Sequence record: SRR2962707_916
Direction: 5' to 3' (one strand)
DNA length: 36,735 nt
Within the stretch, counting starts at the first letter, position 1. Every line of letters starts with the position of its first letter. Below are positions 9,955-18,694 of the stretch, one piece after another. The notes under the pieces were generated by a model. It worked only from the letters and a program-made list of their open reading frames with translations. It did no database searches and was not told the DNA's origin. Position numbers and translations under genes: made by a program.

Positions 9955-10098
9955 AACAGCGTCCTTGTTCATGCATCGCGTTGGCCACCCCTGTCGTCAG
10001 ACCAGGGGTGGAAGGTAAAGAAACAGTAATAAACGATGCTTCCCGATCCGGCGCTCCCGGGGAGGGTCGGTCGAACAGCGATCCGTCAGAATTGGCAA

Positions 10099-10353
10099 TC
10101 AGTCGTCGTTTTTGCCGATGGAAGTCATGTCATCCTTGGTGTCCTGGACCGCCTGCCCGGTGTCCTGAACGGACTTCACCGTGCCTTGCACGGCATTGGT
10201 GGCCTTGTCGGACGTTTCCTGCACCTTGTTGATGGCGTTGGAAGTCTTGTCCAGGGCGTCGTTCATCTTGTCGAGGAAGCCGGCCTGAGCATTCACGGAC
10301 AAAGCCAGTGCGCAGGCGGTGGAGGAGGCGATAACCAGGGCTCTAAGCGTCAT
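10099..10353 (-). CDS. small secreted heptad-repeat protein (84 aa)
   Basis: ATG at 10353 with GGAG SD; signal peptide ending AQA; mature part has 7-aa periodicity. Confidence 0.78.
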   Translation of the reverse strand: MTLRALVIASSTACALALSVNAQAGFLDKMNDALDKTSNAINKVQETSDKATNAVQGTVKSVQDTGQAVQDTKDDMTSIGKNDD

Positions 10354-10616
10354 TGTCGGTCTCCGTACGGTTAACCTTCGTTCATTGAAGAGGTCCGGAG
10401 TGGTCATGTTCTCCGGACAACTGGAAAAAATAGGCATCGACGTGGAGAACCCATACCGGTTCCGACGCCGGGTGTCGTAAAATGGGGACAATACGCTGGG
10501 TTGCTTTGCCGTGGCTCTCGGGGAAGGGAACACTCCCATCAATGTGTTCCCTGCGCAGCTTTCAGGGTGTTGTCTCCCGGGTAAATGAAAGCTATCGCCG
10601 GTGCCCGGTCTGAACC

Positions 10617-10634
10617 ACCCTACCGTGGTAGGGT
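10617..10634. promoter_or_regulatory. palindromic operator, candidate NarL/LuxR-type regulator site
   Basis: Perfect inverted repeat ACCCTACC-GT-GGTAGGGT, ending 37 nt upstream of the regulator ATG. Confidence 0.5.
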
Positions 10635-10671
10635 TTTCAGCCGTCGCCAATGGCCTAGGATGGAACGGCGA

Positions 10672-11364
10672 ATGAATGAGGAAGCAGGGCTTCACGGGAA
10701 ACCGGAAGAAGGGAAGGGAAACACCGGGTACGCCCTGGTGGTGGATGACCACCCTTTGGTGATGCGCGGTGTCGCGGAATATCTGATCTCACACTGCGGC
10801 TATCGTTCCGTGCACAGCGTCGCGGATGGTGATGCCTGCATGGCATTTATCGCCGATAACGGAGCGCCCAATCTGGTCATTATTGATTTCTGGCTTGCCG
10901 ATGGCGCCGCGCCGCCTCTGGTGAAAGCATTATCAGATCATTGTCCCGCAACCCGTCTATTGGTCATGAGTGGTGATGATGGGGTCGGTATCGACGCTCA
11001 GGCACGGGACGCCGGCGCTCACGGTTTCATTCATAAGAATGAATCGCCGGAGACCTTTGCCCGGGCGGTGGCGGAGTTGCGCCGGGGGAAAACCTGGTTC
11101 GCGGATGCGGACCCGGCGTCGGCGGCAATACTCCGGTCCCGTCGTGAACTGCTGATCAGTCCGGCGGATCTGGGATTGACCCGGCGCCAGGGCGAGGTGT
11201 TGGCGATGATGCTTAAGGGACTGCCTAATAAACGGATTGCCATGGCGCTCAATGTCACCGAGCAAACGGTGAAGGAACATGTGTCGTCCATCCTGCAGAA
11301 ACTCGGCGCCAGTAATCGGGTGGAAGCGATCGCATTGCTGCACGGTCGACGCTTGCGGCTATGA
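10672..11364 (+). CDS. NarL/FixJ (LuxR-type HTH) response regulator
   Basis: Receiver LVVDDHP...IIDFWL; HTH LTRRQGEVL...NKRIAMALNVTEQTVKEHVSSILQKL. Start uncertain (10660 or 10672). Confidence 0.92.
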   Translation: MNEEAGLHGKPEEGKGNTGYALVVDDHPLVMRGVAEYLISHCGYRSVHSVADGDACMAFIADNGAPNLVIIDFWLADGAAPPLVKALSDHCPATRLLVMSGDDGVGIDAQARDAGAHGFIHKNESPETFARAVAELRRGKTWFADADPASAAILRSRRELLISPADLGLTRRQGEVLAMMLKGLPNKRIAMALNVTEQTVKEHVSSILQKLGASNRVEAIALLHGRRLRL

Positions 11365-13199
11365 ACGCCCGGCCCGCCAGAGGTAACACCGTGGCACCTT
11401 CCATGGCCAGTTTGAGCGCCGATGGCCGCGCCCGCTTGTTGGACATTACTCGTGTCAGGCTGTTTTACAGCGCTTCGGTAACGCCATTCGCGGGCATGGC
11501 CTTTATCATTTGGTTTTATCTTCTCGGGCAGGACATTTCCTGGTTGCTTGTGGAGCTGGCCGCGTACTTGCTGGGTGTCTGGCTGCTGTTCGTTTTGCGT
11601 CGGCGTTACCTGGCGGATAGGGCGTCTCTTGATAGCGAGAAGGTGCTGGAAAAATGGCTGCCGGTGGTCAAGCGCATCGCTGTTCTGCATGGCTTCGGAC
11701 TGGCCTTGGTGGTGTTCCTGACGGCGGGAAAGGTGACGTTTGAGTTTGCCGCCGTGCTGCACATTACCTTCGCCGGTACCATCGCCGCCAACGCAACGCA
11801 TCAGACCCCGGTGTGGGGGGTGTTCCTGCGGTTTTTCCTGTGTTGCTGGGTGCCGGTGGTTTTAATGATGCCCTGGACGGTTCCCGAGCATTGGCATTTC
11901 GTTTTGCCGATGGCGGTGCTGTTCGGTATCGCCATGTACCGTCACGGGGTGACCTCCCACCGTTTTTTCGTGCAGCAGATCAAACTGGAAGAAGACAGTG
12001 CCGCCCTGGCGAAGCGTTTTCGCGACGCCAAGGAACAAGCGGAGCAGGCCCTGCAGGACAAGAACCGGTTTCTTACCACCGCCAGTCATGATTTGCGCCA
12101 ACCAGTGCATGCCATGGGGTTTCTGATTCAGGCCATTGCACATCGCAATCGCGATGAAACGCTCAGGGAACCGATTCGGGATTTGCAACAGAGCGTGCGT
12201 TCGGTGGATCTGATGTTCAATTCGCTGCTGGACCTTTCGAAAATGGAAACCGGCGCGGTTACCGCGCAACGCACACCGGTATTGTTGGACGCCATCGTCG
12301 AGGACGTGGCGACCACGTTTCGCGAGGAAGCCAACAGCCGTGGCCTGGATCTGCGTATTCGCATCGCCCGCAGAGAGGCGGTGGTTCTGGGCGACGCCAG
12401 TCTGATTCGCCGCTGTTTGATCAATCTTACCCACAATGCTTTGCGTTATACCCCCCAAGGTGGTGTGCTGCTGTCGGTACGCCACCGTCAGGGGAGCTGG
12501 CTGCTGGAAGTATGGGATACCGGAATCGGTGTGGCGCTGGAGGAACAAAAGAATATTTACACGCAGTTCTATCGCAATGCTTATTCCTGGGGAATCGACA
12601 GCGCCGGCCACGGCCTCGGACTGGCGATGGTGGCACGCAGTGCAAAAATAATGGGTGCCGGCTACGGTCTGAATTCCGTGGAAGGGCGAGGATCCCGATT
12701 CTGGTTGTCATTGCCAGAGATGAAGCAAATGAAAACCGGTCATATGGTATCGGGCAATGCCATGCGCTCGTCATTGACCCGACTCGTGCCACTAACGGGG
12801 AGTTGCCTGGTCATCGACGACGATCCGCTGGTCACCAAAGCCTGGCAGAGCCTGATGGAAGCCTGGGGCGTGGAGGTTCGCTGTGCCGCGTCCGGTGCCG
12901 AGGCGTTTGAGTTGTTGCGTGGCGGGTTTCAACCTCAGGCCATTCTTTGTGACCAAAGATTGCGCTCCGGAGAAAGTGGTTTCGAAGTTTTTCAGGCGCT
13001 GCTGGAAGCGTGCCCGGAATCCGGTGGGGCCATGGTCAGCGGTGAATTTCACTCTCCCGTGCTGGAGCAGGCGGAACGGGACGGCTATCTGGTGTTGCGT
13101 AAACCTCTACAACCGCCGCAACTGCACGCCGTGTTGTCGCAATGGCTCGAACCGGCGGAGGCGGCCACCGAAAGTGATCGCTCCGGGTCAGCCGGATAG
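11361..13199 (+). CDS. hybrid sensor histidine kinase (multi-TM, HisKA, HATPase, receiver)
   Basis: About 6 hydrophobic segments; H-box ASHDLRQP, N-box NLTHNALRYT, DTGIG, GHGLGL; C-terminal receiver LVIDDD...CDQRL...KP; ATGA overlap with the regulator. Confidence 0.93.
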   Translation: MNARPARGNTVAPSMASLSADGRARLLDITRVRLFYSASVTPFAGMAFIIWFYLLGQDISWLLVELAAYLLGVWLLFVLRRRYLADRASLDSEKVLEKWLPVVKRIAVLHGFGLALVVFLTAGKVTFEFAAVLHITFAGTIAANATHQTPVWGVFLRFFLCCWVPVVLMMPWTVPEHWHFVLPMAVLFGIAMYRHGVTSHRFFVQQIKLEEDSAALAKRFRDAKEQAEQALQDKNRFLTTASHDLRQPVHAMGFLIQAIAHRNRDETLREPIRDLQQSVRSVDLMFNSLLDLSKMETGAVTAQRTPVLLDAIVEDVATTFREEANSRGLDLRIRIARREAVVLGDASLIRRCLINLTHNALRYTPQGGVLLSVRHRQGSWLLEVWDTGIGVALEEQKNIYTQFYRNAYSWGIDSAGHGLGLAMVARSAKIMGAGYGLNSVEGRGSRFWLSLPEMKQMKTGHMVSGNAMRSSLTRLVPLTGSCLVIDDDPLVTKAWQSLMEAWGVEVRCAASGAEAFELLRGGFQPQAILCDQRLRSGESGFEVFQALLEACPESGGAMVSGEFHSPVLEQAERDGYLVLRKPLQPPQLHAVLSQWLEPAEAATESDRSGSAG

Positions 13200-13952
13200 G
13201 GCCACCACCTGATGATTGAGCCGGGTGATTTGCCGTGCCATATCGGTCATCAACCTCTGAATCAGGGTGGGATGGGCCCGGATCAGGTGATGGAACTGGC
13301 TACCGGGCACCCGCACCGCGGAACAGCGGGTGAGCGCCCGTACCGTGGCGCTGCGCGAGGAGCCGGTAAGCACGGCGATGGCGCCCAGTACCTCGCCCTC
13401 GCCAACCCGGCCCACGGCCACATTATCCACCAGCACATCCGCTTCACCTTCGAATAAGTGATAGACGTCAGTGGCATGCTCCCCCTGACGGATCAGTACC
13501 TCTCCAGGTTGAAAGTAGACGAAGGCGGAGTGGGCGTGGTGGTCTTCTCCGACTCTGGCCGCCAGCATGTGCAGCAGAAGACGTTCCCTCAGATCCCGCA
13601 GGCGCTCCCATAAAGCTGCGAGATGGGGCTCTTTTCGCAACCTCTGAAGCACGATCTTCCAGGGATAGGCGGCCAGCAGCACGGCGCTATCCGCCTTGTA
13701 GCTCAGTCCCGAATCCCGGGGCAGTACGTCTCCTTCATCACACAGGAACAGAGGGCTTTCGCCGTGACGGGCCACCACCATGCCACCACGTACCACATGC
13801 AAACATTCTTCGTGGAGCGGCATCTTGTCCGCCGGAGGTTGAGGGCGAGGGCTGGCCAGATCCGCCAGAGCCACGGTCAGTTCACTGCCCAGTCGCTTGT
13901 AGTCCCGTGCCAGCGCGGCAAAGCCGGGAAGAGGGTCGCCAAGTGTCATCAT
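13188..13952 (-). CDS. cyclic nucleotide-binding domain protein (degenerate N-terminal plus intact C-terminal CNB)
   Basis: GEVLIRQGE, GEGEVLGAIA and RSATVRA CNB signature; no HTH. Confidence 0.82.
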   Translation of the reverse strand: MMTLGDPLPGFAALARDYKRLGSELTVALADLASPRPQPPADKMPLHEECLHVVRGGMVVARHGESPLFLCDEGDVLPRDSGLSYKADSAVLLAAYPWKIVLQRLRKEPHLAALWERLRDLRERLLLHMLAARVGEDHHAHSAFVYFQPGEVLIRQGEHATDVYHLFEGEADVLVDNVAVGRVGEGEVLGAIAVLTGSSRSATVRALTRCSAVRVPGSQFHHLIRAHPTLIQRLMTDMARQITRLNHQVVALSG

Positions 13953-14115
13953 GGTGTTCTTTCGTCCACGGTAGCCGAAAAGTAACCTGTAGTTGATCAA
14001 GCAGGGGTCGTGCCATTCCCGAATGTCCTTAATCATCGCCTCTGAGCGTTATGGATAGACGTGAACGCAGGCACAATACTGTGCAAAGTGACAAAAAAAG
14101 TCAGGGAGGAGTGCC

Positions 14116-14388
14116 GTGGGATACCGGATCCGCATGATGACAGTGGTGTTACTGGCGACCCTGGGCCTGCTGGGACTGGGGTTGATTGCGGTGGGGATGA
14201 TAACAATGGGGGATTGTCCGTCCCGCTCCGATTGTCTGGCCTGGCGCATGCTGGGCGTCGTTATCTGGCTGCCCACGTCACTGGTGCTGTTGGGCACCGC
14301 GCTGTGGCTCTGGCGCTGGCCCTCCTGGTGGGCGCTGACGCCGCTATTGTTGCCGCTGTTGCTGATTGGTGTCTTTATAGCGGGCTGA
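14116..14388 (+). CDS. small 3-TM membrane protein
   Basis: GGAGGAG SD before GTG; three hydrophobic helices with a CPSRSDC loop. Confidence 0.65.
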   Translation: MGYRIRMMTVVLLATLGLLGLGLIAVGMITMGDCPSRSDCLAWRMLGVVIWLPTSLVLLGTALWLWRWPSWWALTPLLLPLLLIGVFIAG

Positions 14389-14392
14389 TCCG

Positions 14393-14932
14393 TCACCGGC
14401 GCGGTGAAGCCATCCGCCGCAACGTGTCGTCATGGTCGATGAAATGATGCCAAAGGGCACCGGCCACATGGATGACCACCAGGGCTAAAAGCACATACCA
14501 CAGCAGGTCCTTGTGCAACCAGGCCAGTATTTCGGCTATTTGGGCGTTGGGCGTCAGTAGTTGAGGCATGGGACCAAGCCCGAAAATCATGGTGCCTTTG
14601 CCAGCGAACTGACGCATCAGAAAGCCCGCTATGGGCATGGCGATCACGAATAGGTAGAGCCCAAGGTGCACCAGTTGGGACAGCCCGCGCTGCCAAGGCG
14701 CACCAATAAACGGTGGCGTGGGGTGACGGACCCGCAGGTACAGCCGGAAGAGCATCAGGATCAGCACGGTGACGCCAAAGGAAATATGCAGCATTACCCA
14801 GCGGTCGCGCCATGGTGCCCCCTTCTCCACAAACTCGTGCAACTCCACCGAGGCCCAAGTCATCATCAGAAGAATGGCGACCAGCCAGTGCACCCCTTTG
14901 AGGGTGCGGTGCCAACCGGTACTCGTTGCCAT
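14393..14932 (-). CDS. cytochrome b561 (CybB/YceJ family)
   Basis: HWLVA, HISFG, H.GLY and LHKDL...HVAGALWHHF...DDTLRRM heme-ligand pattern; GGGAG SD before ATG 14932. Confidence 0.9.
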   Translation of the reverse strand: MATSTGWHRTLKGVHWLVAILLMMTWASVELHEFVEKGAPWRDRWVMLHISFGVTVLILMLFRLYLRVRHPTPPFIGAPWQRGLSQLVHLGLYLFVIAMPIAGFLMRQFAGKGTMIFGLGPMPQLLTPNAQIAEILAWLHKDLLWYVLLALVVIHVAGALWHHFIDHDDTLRRMASPRR

Positions 14933-14987
14933 GCTCGTCTCCCGCACGGATAAAACAGGAGTGTCTTTTGAATCCAACAAGGGTGGT

Positions 14988-15001
14988 TTGATTTATATCA
15001 A
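14988..15001. promoter_or_regulatory. FNR/ANR-family binding site
   Basis: Perfect consensus TTGAT-TTAT-ATCAA between the divergent cytochrome b561 and YrhK genes. Confidence 0.8.
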
Positions 15002-15040
15002 TGAATCCTATATCACCGGGGCTATGCCATGGAGTTGATC

Positions 15041-15316
15041 ATGTATAAAAGCCGTGTCGATAACCCTCTCACCGTACATCTGGGGCATGAGGAGCTGGTG
15101 ATCCGCCGCCGTTATGAAACGCTCAGTATCGCCAATGATTTCCTCATCGCCATTTGGTTTCTACTGGGCAGTATCTTTTTTCTATACCCCAGCATGGAAA
15201 CGCCGGCAGCGTGGTTGTTCGTGGTGGGTAGCTTCCAGTTCTTGATCCGGCCAACGATCCGTTTGTGCGGGCATATTCACTTGAAACGTTTGCCGGGCAA
15301 TCAATGGGAGGAATGA
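15041..15316 (+). CDS. YrhK-family membrane protein
   Basis: RRRYE..SIANDFLIAIWFLLGSIFF...WLFVVGS.QFLIRPTIRL pattern; GGAG SD before ATG 15041. Confidence 0.8.
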   Translation: MYKSRVDNPLTVHLGHEELVIRRRYETLSIANDFLIAIWFLLGSIFFLYPSMETPAAWLFVVGSFQFLIRPTIRLCGHIHLKRLPGNQWEE

Positions 15317-15528
15317 GATGCGGATTCGACCGGGGCACAGTGTGCAAAGATAGAACCGGGGACAAAAGTTTGTAACCTCATATTGTCTGGTCTTGGCATG
15401 GCCAGGGTTTTGTAGAATTGTCAGAAACGATCCCCCTTGGGGCCGCACTCTCCAAGCCGGCGGGAAGTGCCCGGGTCAGGTACGATGGAGGCAGTACAGG
15501 GAACCGAGAGCCAGGGAGCAAGGATGTG

Positions 15529-15882
15529 ATGGAAAGAATCCGACTTCTTTTCCTGTTAATAGTGTTTTTGAGCGCTTCCGTTCAGGCCACCCGGCCACCT
15601 CCTCATGGTGGTGAGTGGCCGGTTTGTGACCGGCTGGAGATGAGCTTTTTTATTGTTGCTTCACTGCGCTATGAAGACGGCCAGTCGCTGAATTGGGTAT
15701 TGGAGGAGTTGGAGAAAGAGAATACGGAAACGCCCGTGGAGAAGGCGCTATTCGAAAAGATGGTCCGCCGGGTCTATGAATTGCCCGACAATCCGGAAGA
15801 CCTGGCCGAAGAAGGCCAAGAGGTGGCCGTGGAGGATCTTGTCGGTGATATCCTGGACGAATGCGGCGAGCAATTCCCGTAA
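15529..15882 (+). CDS. small secreted acidic protein with two Cys
   Basis: Signal MERIRLLFLLIVFLSASVQA; AAGGA SD; Cys near both ends of the mature chain. Confidence 0.7.
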   Translation: MERIRLLFLLIVFLSASVQATRPPPHGGEWPVCDRLEMSFFIVASLRYEDGQSLNWVLEELEKENTETPVEKALFEKMVRRVYELPDNPEDLAEEGQEVAVEDLVGDILDECGEQFP

Positions 15883-15925
15883 CACCTGAAGAGACCAGGC
15901 AAAGAACCTGAAGGGCGGAAATGGA

Positions 15926-18694
15926 ATGACCACAAAGGATGAGGATGCCATGAGCCCGAACCGTATTCCCCGCTGGCCGCTTGCATCAATGGTATTCATG
16001 GCACTGGCCGGCGCGCTGGCGGGTGGGGCCGTGATGGCCTTCGTGGCGATGCTGCTGGGAGTTCTGAGCGGGTCCTGGATCGCGGCGGGCATCTTGTTCG
16101 CGGTGTTGGGTGCCCTCGGAGCACTGACCGGCTTCGCCATTGTTCTATTGGTGCTGATCCGGGACCGGGTGACGGCCAGCGAACAACGGATCCGGGCATT
16201 GCTGGCGTCGGCTGATGGGGTGCCTTCGTCTCGCGCCGCATTGCCATCAGAGGCGGCGCCGGCACCGACGTCCGTGGAAACGCCAGTGCCTCGTCCGCCA
16301 GAATCACCGCCCTCACGGCAGCCACCAAGGCAACCGCAACCGGAGCCGCCGCCCGGACCGCCGCTTGCCCCGCCAGAGCCGTCCCTGTTTTCACGGGGCT
16401 TTCAGCGCATCGGTGCCTGGCTGAAAGGCGGCAATACCATTGCCCGCGTGGGCGTTCTGGTGCTGTTTATTGGCGCGGCGCTGTTGGCCAAGTACGCGGC
16501 GGAGAGCGGTTTGTTTCCGCTGGAGGTCCGGCTGGCGGCGGTGGCGGTACTGGGGATGGCGTTATTGGGGCTGGGCTGGCGGCTGCGCATCCGGCATGTG
16601 GGCTATGCGCTGATTCTGCAGGGCGGCGGCGTGGCGATACTGTATCTGACCCTGTACGCCGCTTTCCGCCTGTTCTCGGTGATCCCGTCCGGGCTCGCGT
16701 TTTCCCTAATGGTGGTGGTGGCGTTGGCCGCTGCGGTACTGGCGGTGGCGCAGAATGCGCTGATTCTGGCGGTAATCGGCTTTGCCGGCGGTTTCCTGGC
16801 GCCGCTGCTGACATCCAGCGGCGCAGGCAGCCATATCTCTCTGTTCAGCTATTACACCGTGCTCAATCTGGGTGTTTTCCTGGTGGCCTGGTTCCGGGCC
16901 TGGCGTCAGCTCAATCTGCTCGGCTTCCTGTTCACGTTCGGCATCAGTGGCCTGTGGCGTGGAGGGGGCTATTCGCGGGAGCACCTGATCAGCACGGATC
17001 TGTTTCTGGGCCTTTTCTTCTTGATGTATGTGGCGGTGTCCCTGTTGTTTGCCCGGCGCCAGGCGAAGGCCGATCTGGGGTATGTCTCGGGGACGCTGGT
17101 GTTCGGGTTGCCGGTGGTCACTTTCGGTCTGCACGCTTCCCTGGTTTCGCATCTGTCCTACGCCTTGGCCTGGAGCGCCTTGGCTTTCGCGCTGTTTTAC
17201 CTGGGGCTGGCACTGATTCTGTTTTATCGGCGCCGATCGGAATGGCGCCTGCTGGCCGAGGCCTTTGCGGCTCTGGGGGTGATATTTGGCAGTCTGACGG
17301 TGCCGCTGGCGCTGTCCGGAAGTGCCACCGCGGCGATCTGGGCCGTGGAGGGCGCTGGGCTGTTGTGGCTCGGAGTGCGTCAGAAGCGAAAACTGGCGCG
17401 GGCTTTCGGGGTGCTGTTGCAAGTGCTGGCGGCCGGGCAGCTGCTGATCGCCATGCCGGATTACCTGCAACCGACCATGCCGCTCTTCAACGGAGTCTTC
17501 ATGGCGGCGTTCGGATTGGCGGTGGCCGGATATGCGAGCGGCGTGTTTCTGTCCCGGCTGGGCGCGGCGCGGGCCGCCTACGAACGAGGGAGCGCCCAAA
17601 TCCTGTTGGCGTGGGCGGTGTTCTGGGCTTTGTTTGCTGGTGGCGCGGAAGTGGGCGAGTACGCTCCCTTCCATAGCGAGGCGGGCTGGTTACTGCTGGT
17701 GCCAACCCTGATCATCCTACTGCTGACCTGGGCCGGACGGTGGCTGGCCTGGGAAACCAGCATTCGCGTCGCGCCTTGGCTGGGCGCGGGTTTTGTCGCC
17801 ATTGCCAGCCTGACGTTGTTGACCCTGCCTCATCCACTGGCGGACGGTGCTCTGTGGGGCTGGCCGGCGCTGTGGCTGGTGTATTACCACACACTGTGGC
17901 TGCGGGACCGCAGAGAGGAAACGCTGCTGGCCGCGATGACCCCCTGGCTGCACGCCCTGGGGCTATGGAGTCTGGCACTGGTGCTGTTGCCCGAGTTGTC
18001 GTGGCGGATCGGCAATGTGCTTGATGGCGTCTGGCCGGTGCTCACCTGGGGCCTGGTGCCAGCGGCGCTCATCACTCTGTGTGCCCGCTCTCCGGGTGTC
18101 TGGCCCTGGCGGCGGCACGCGCCGGCGTACCGCTGTCCAGGGGCCCTGCCCCTGGCGGCGTTGGCCGTCGGCTGGCTGATCTGGATCAATCTGTTCCACA
18201 ACGGTGCTCCGTCGCCGTTGCCGTATTGGCCGTTACTTAATCCTCTGGATATCAGCGTGGCGCTGACCATGCTGGCCATTATCGGTTGGTGGCGGGAGAC
18301 GCCCCGGCCGTATCCGGTACCCGCTGTATCGATGCTGGCGGCACTGGTTTTCCTGTGGTTGAGCGCCGCCCTGGTGCGTGCTCTGCATTATGGCGTGGGC
18401 ACCCCGCTTGATGCCGCCGGAATAGTGCATTCGGTGACAGTGCAAATGGCCTTGTCCCTGTTCTGGGCGCTTTTGGGGCTGGCCGCCATGATCACTGCCA
18501 CCCGCAAAGGATGGCGCCCCGTGTGGATTCTGGGAGTGGCCCTGTTGGGCGTGGTGGTGGTGAAACTGTTTCTCATCGATATGGCGGGCACGGAAACCCT
18601 GGCCCGTATCGTCTCGTTCCTGGGCGTCGGGCTGATACTGCTGGTTGTCGGCTATTTCTCGCCATTGCCGCCCCGGGGAAAGGAGTGTTCCTGA
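15926..18694 (+). CDS. DUF2339-family polytopic membrane protein
   Basis: Pro-rich linker, GGNTIARVGVLVLFIG, LQGGG, GGFLAP and C-terminal KLFLID...RIVSFLGVG...GYFSPLPP. Start could be 15950. Confidence 0.85.
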   Translation: MTTKDEDAMSPNRIPRWPLASMVFMALAGALAGGAVMAFVAMLLGVLSGSWIAAGILFAVLGALGALTGFAIVLLVLIRDRVTASEQRIRALLASADGVPSSRAALPSEAAPAPTSVETPVPRPPESPPSRQPPRQPQPEPPPGPPLAPPEPSLFSRGFQRIGAWLKGGNTIARVGVLVLFIGAALLAKYAAESGLFPLEVRLAAVAVLGMALLGLGWRLRIRHVGYALILQGGGVAILYLTLYAAFRLFSVIPSGLAFSLMVVVALAAAVLAVAQNALILAVIGFAGGFLAPLLTSSGAGSHISLFSYYTVLNLGVFLVAWFRAWRQLNLLGFLFTFGISGLWRGGGYSREHLISTDLFLGLFFLMYVAVSLLFARRQAKADLGYVSGTLVFGLPVVTFGLHASLVSHLSYALAWSALAFALFYLGLALILFYRRRSEWRLLAEAFAALGVIFGSLTVPLALSGSATAAIWAVEGAGLLWLGVRQKRKLARAFGVLLQVLAAGQLLIAMPDYLQPTMPLFNGVFMAAFGLAVAGYASGVFLSRLGAARAAYERGSAQILLAWAVFWALFAGGAEVGEYAPFHSEAGWLLLVPTLIILLLTWAGRWLAWETSIRVAPWLGAGFVAIASLTLLTLPHPLADGALWGWPALWLVYYHTLWLRDRREETLLAAMTPWLHALGLWSLALVLLPELSWRIGNVLDGVWPVLTWGLVPAALITLCARSPGVWPWRRHAPAYRCPGALPLAALAVGWLIWINLFHNGAPSPLPYWPLLNPLDISVALTMLAIIGWWRETPRPYPVPAVSMLAALVFLWLSAALVRALHYGVGTPLDAAGIVHSVTVQMALSLFWALLGLAAMITATRKGWRPVWILGVALLGVVVVKLFLIDMAGTETLARIVSFLGVGLILLVVGYFSPLPPRGKECS

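Noticed and set aside
10480-10640. c-di-GMP-I riboswitch (GGCAAA- and AAAGC-like strings)
   Set aside because: The strings are on different strands or in the wrong order, and no GNRA/receptor two-stem architecture could be built.
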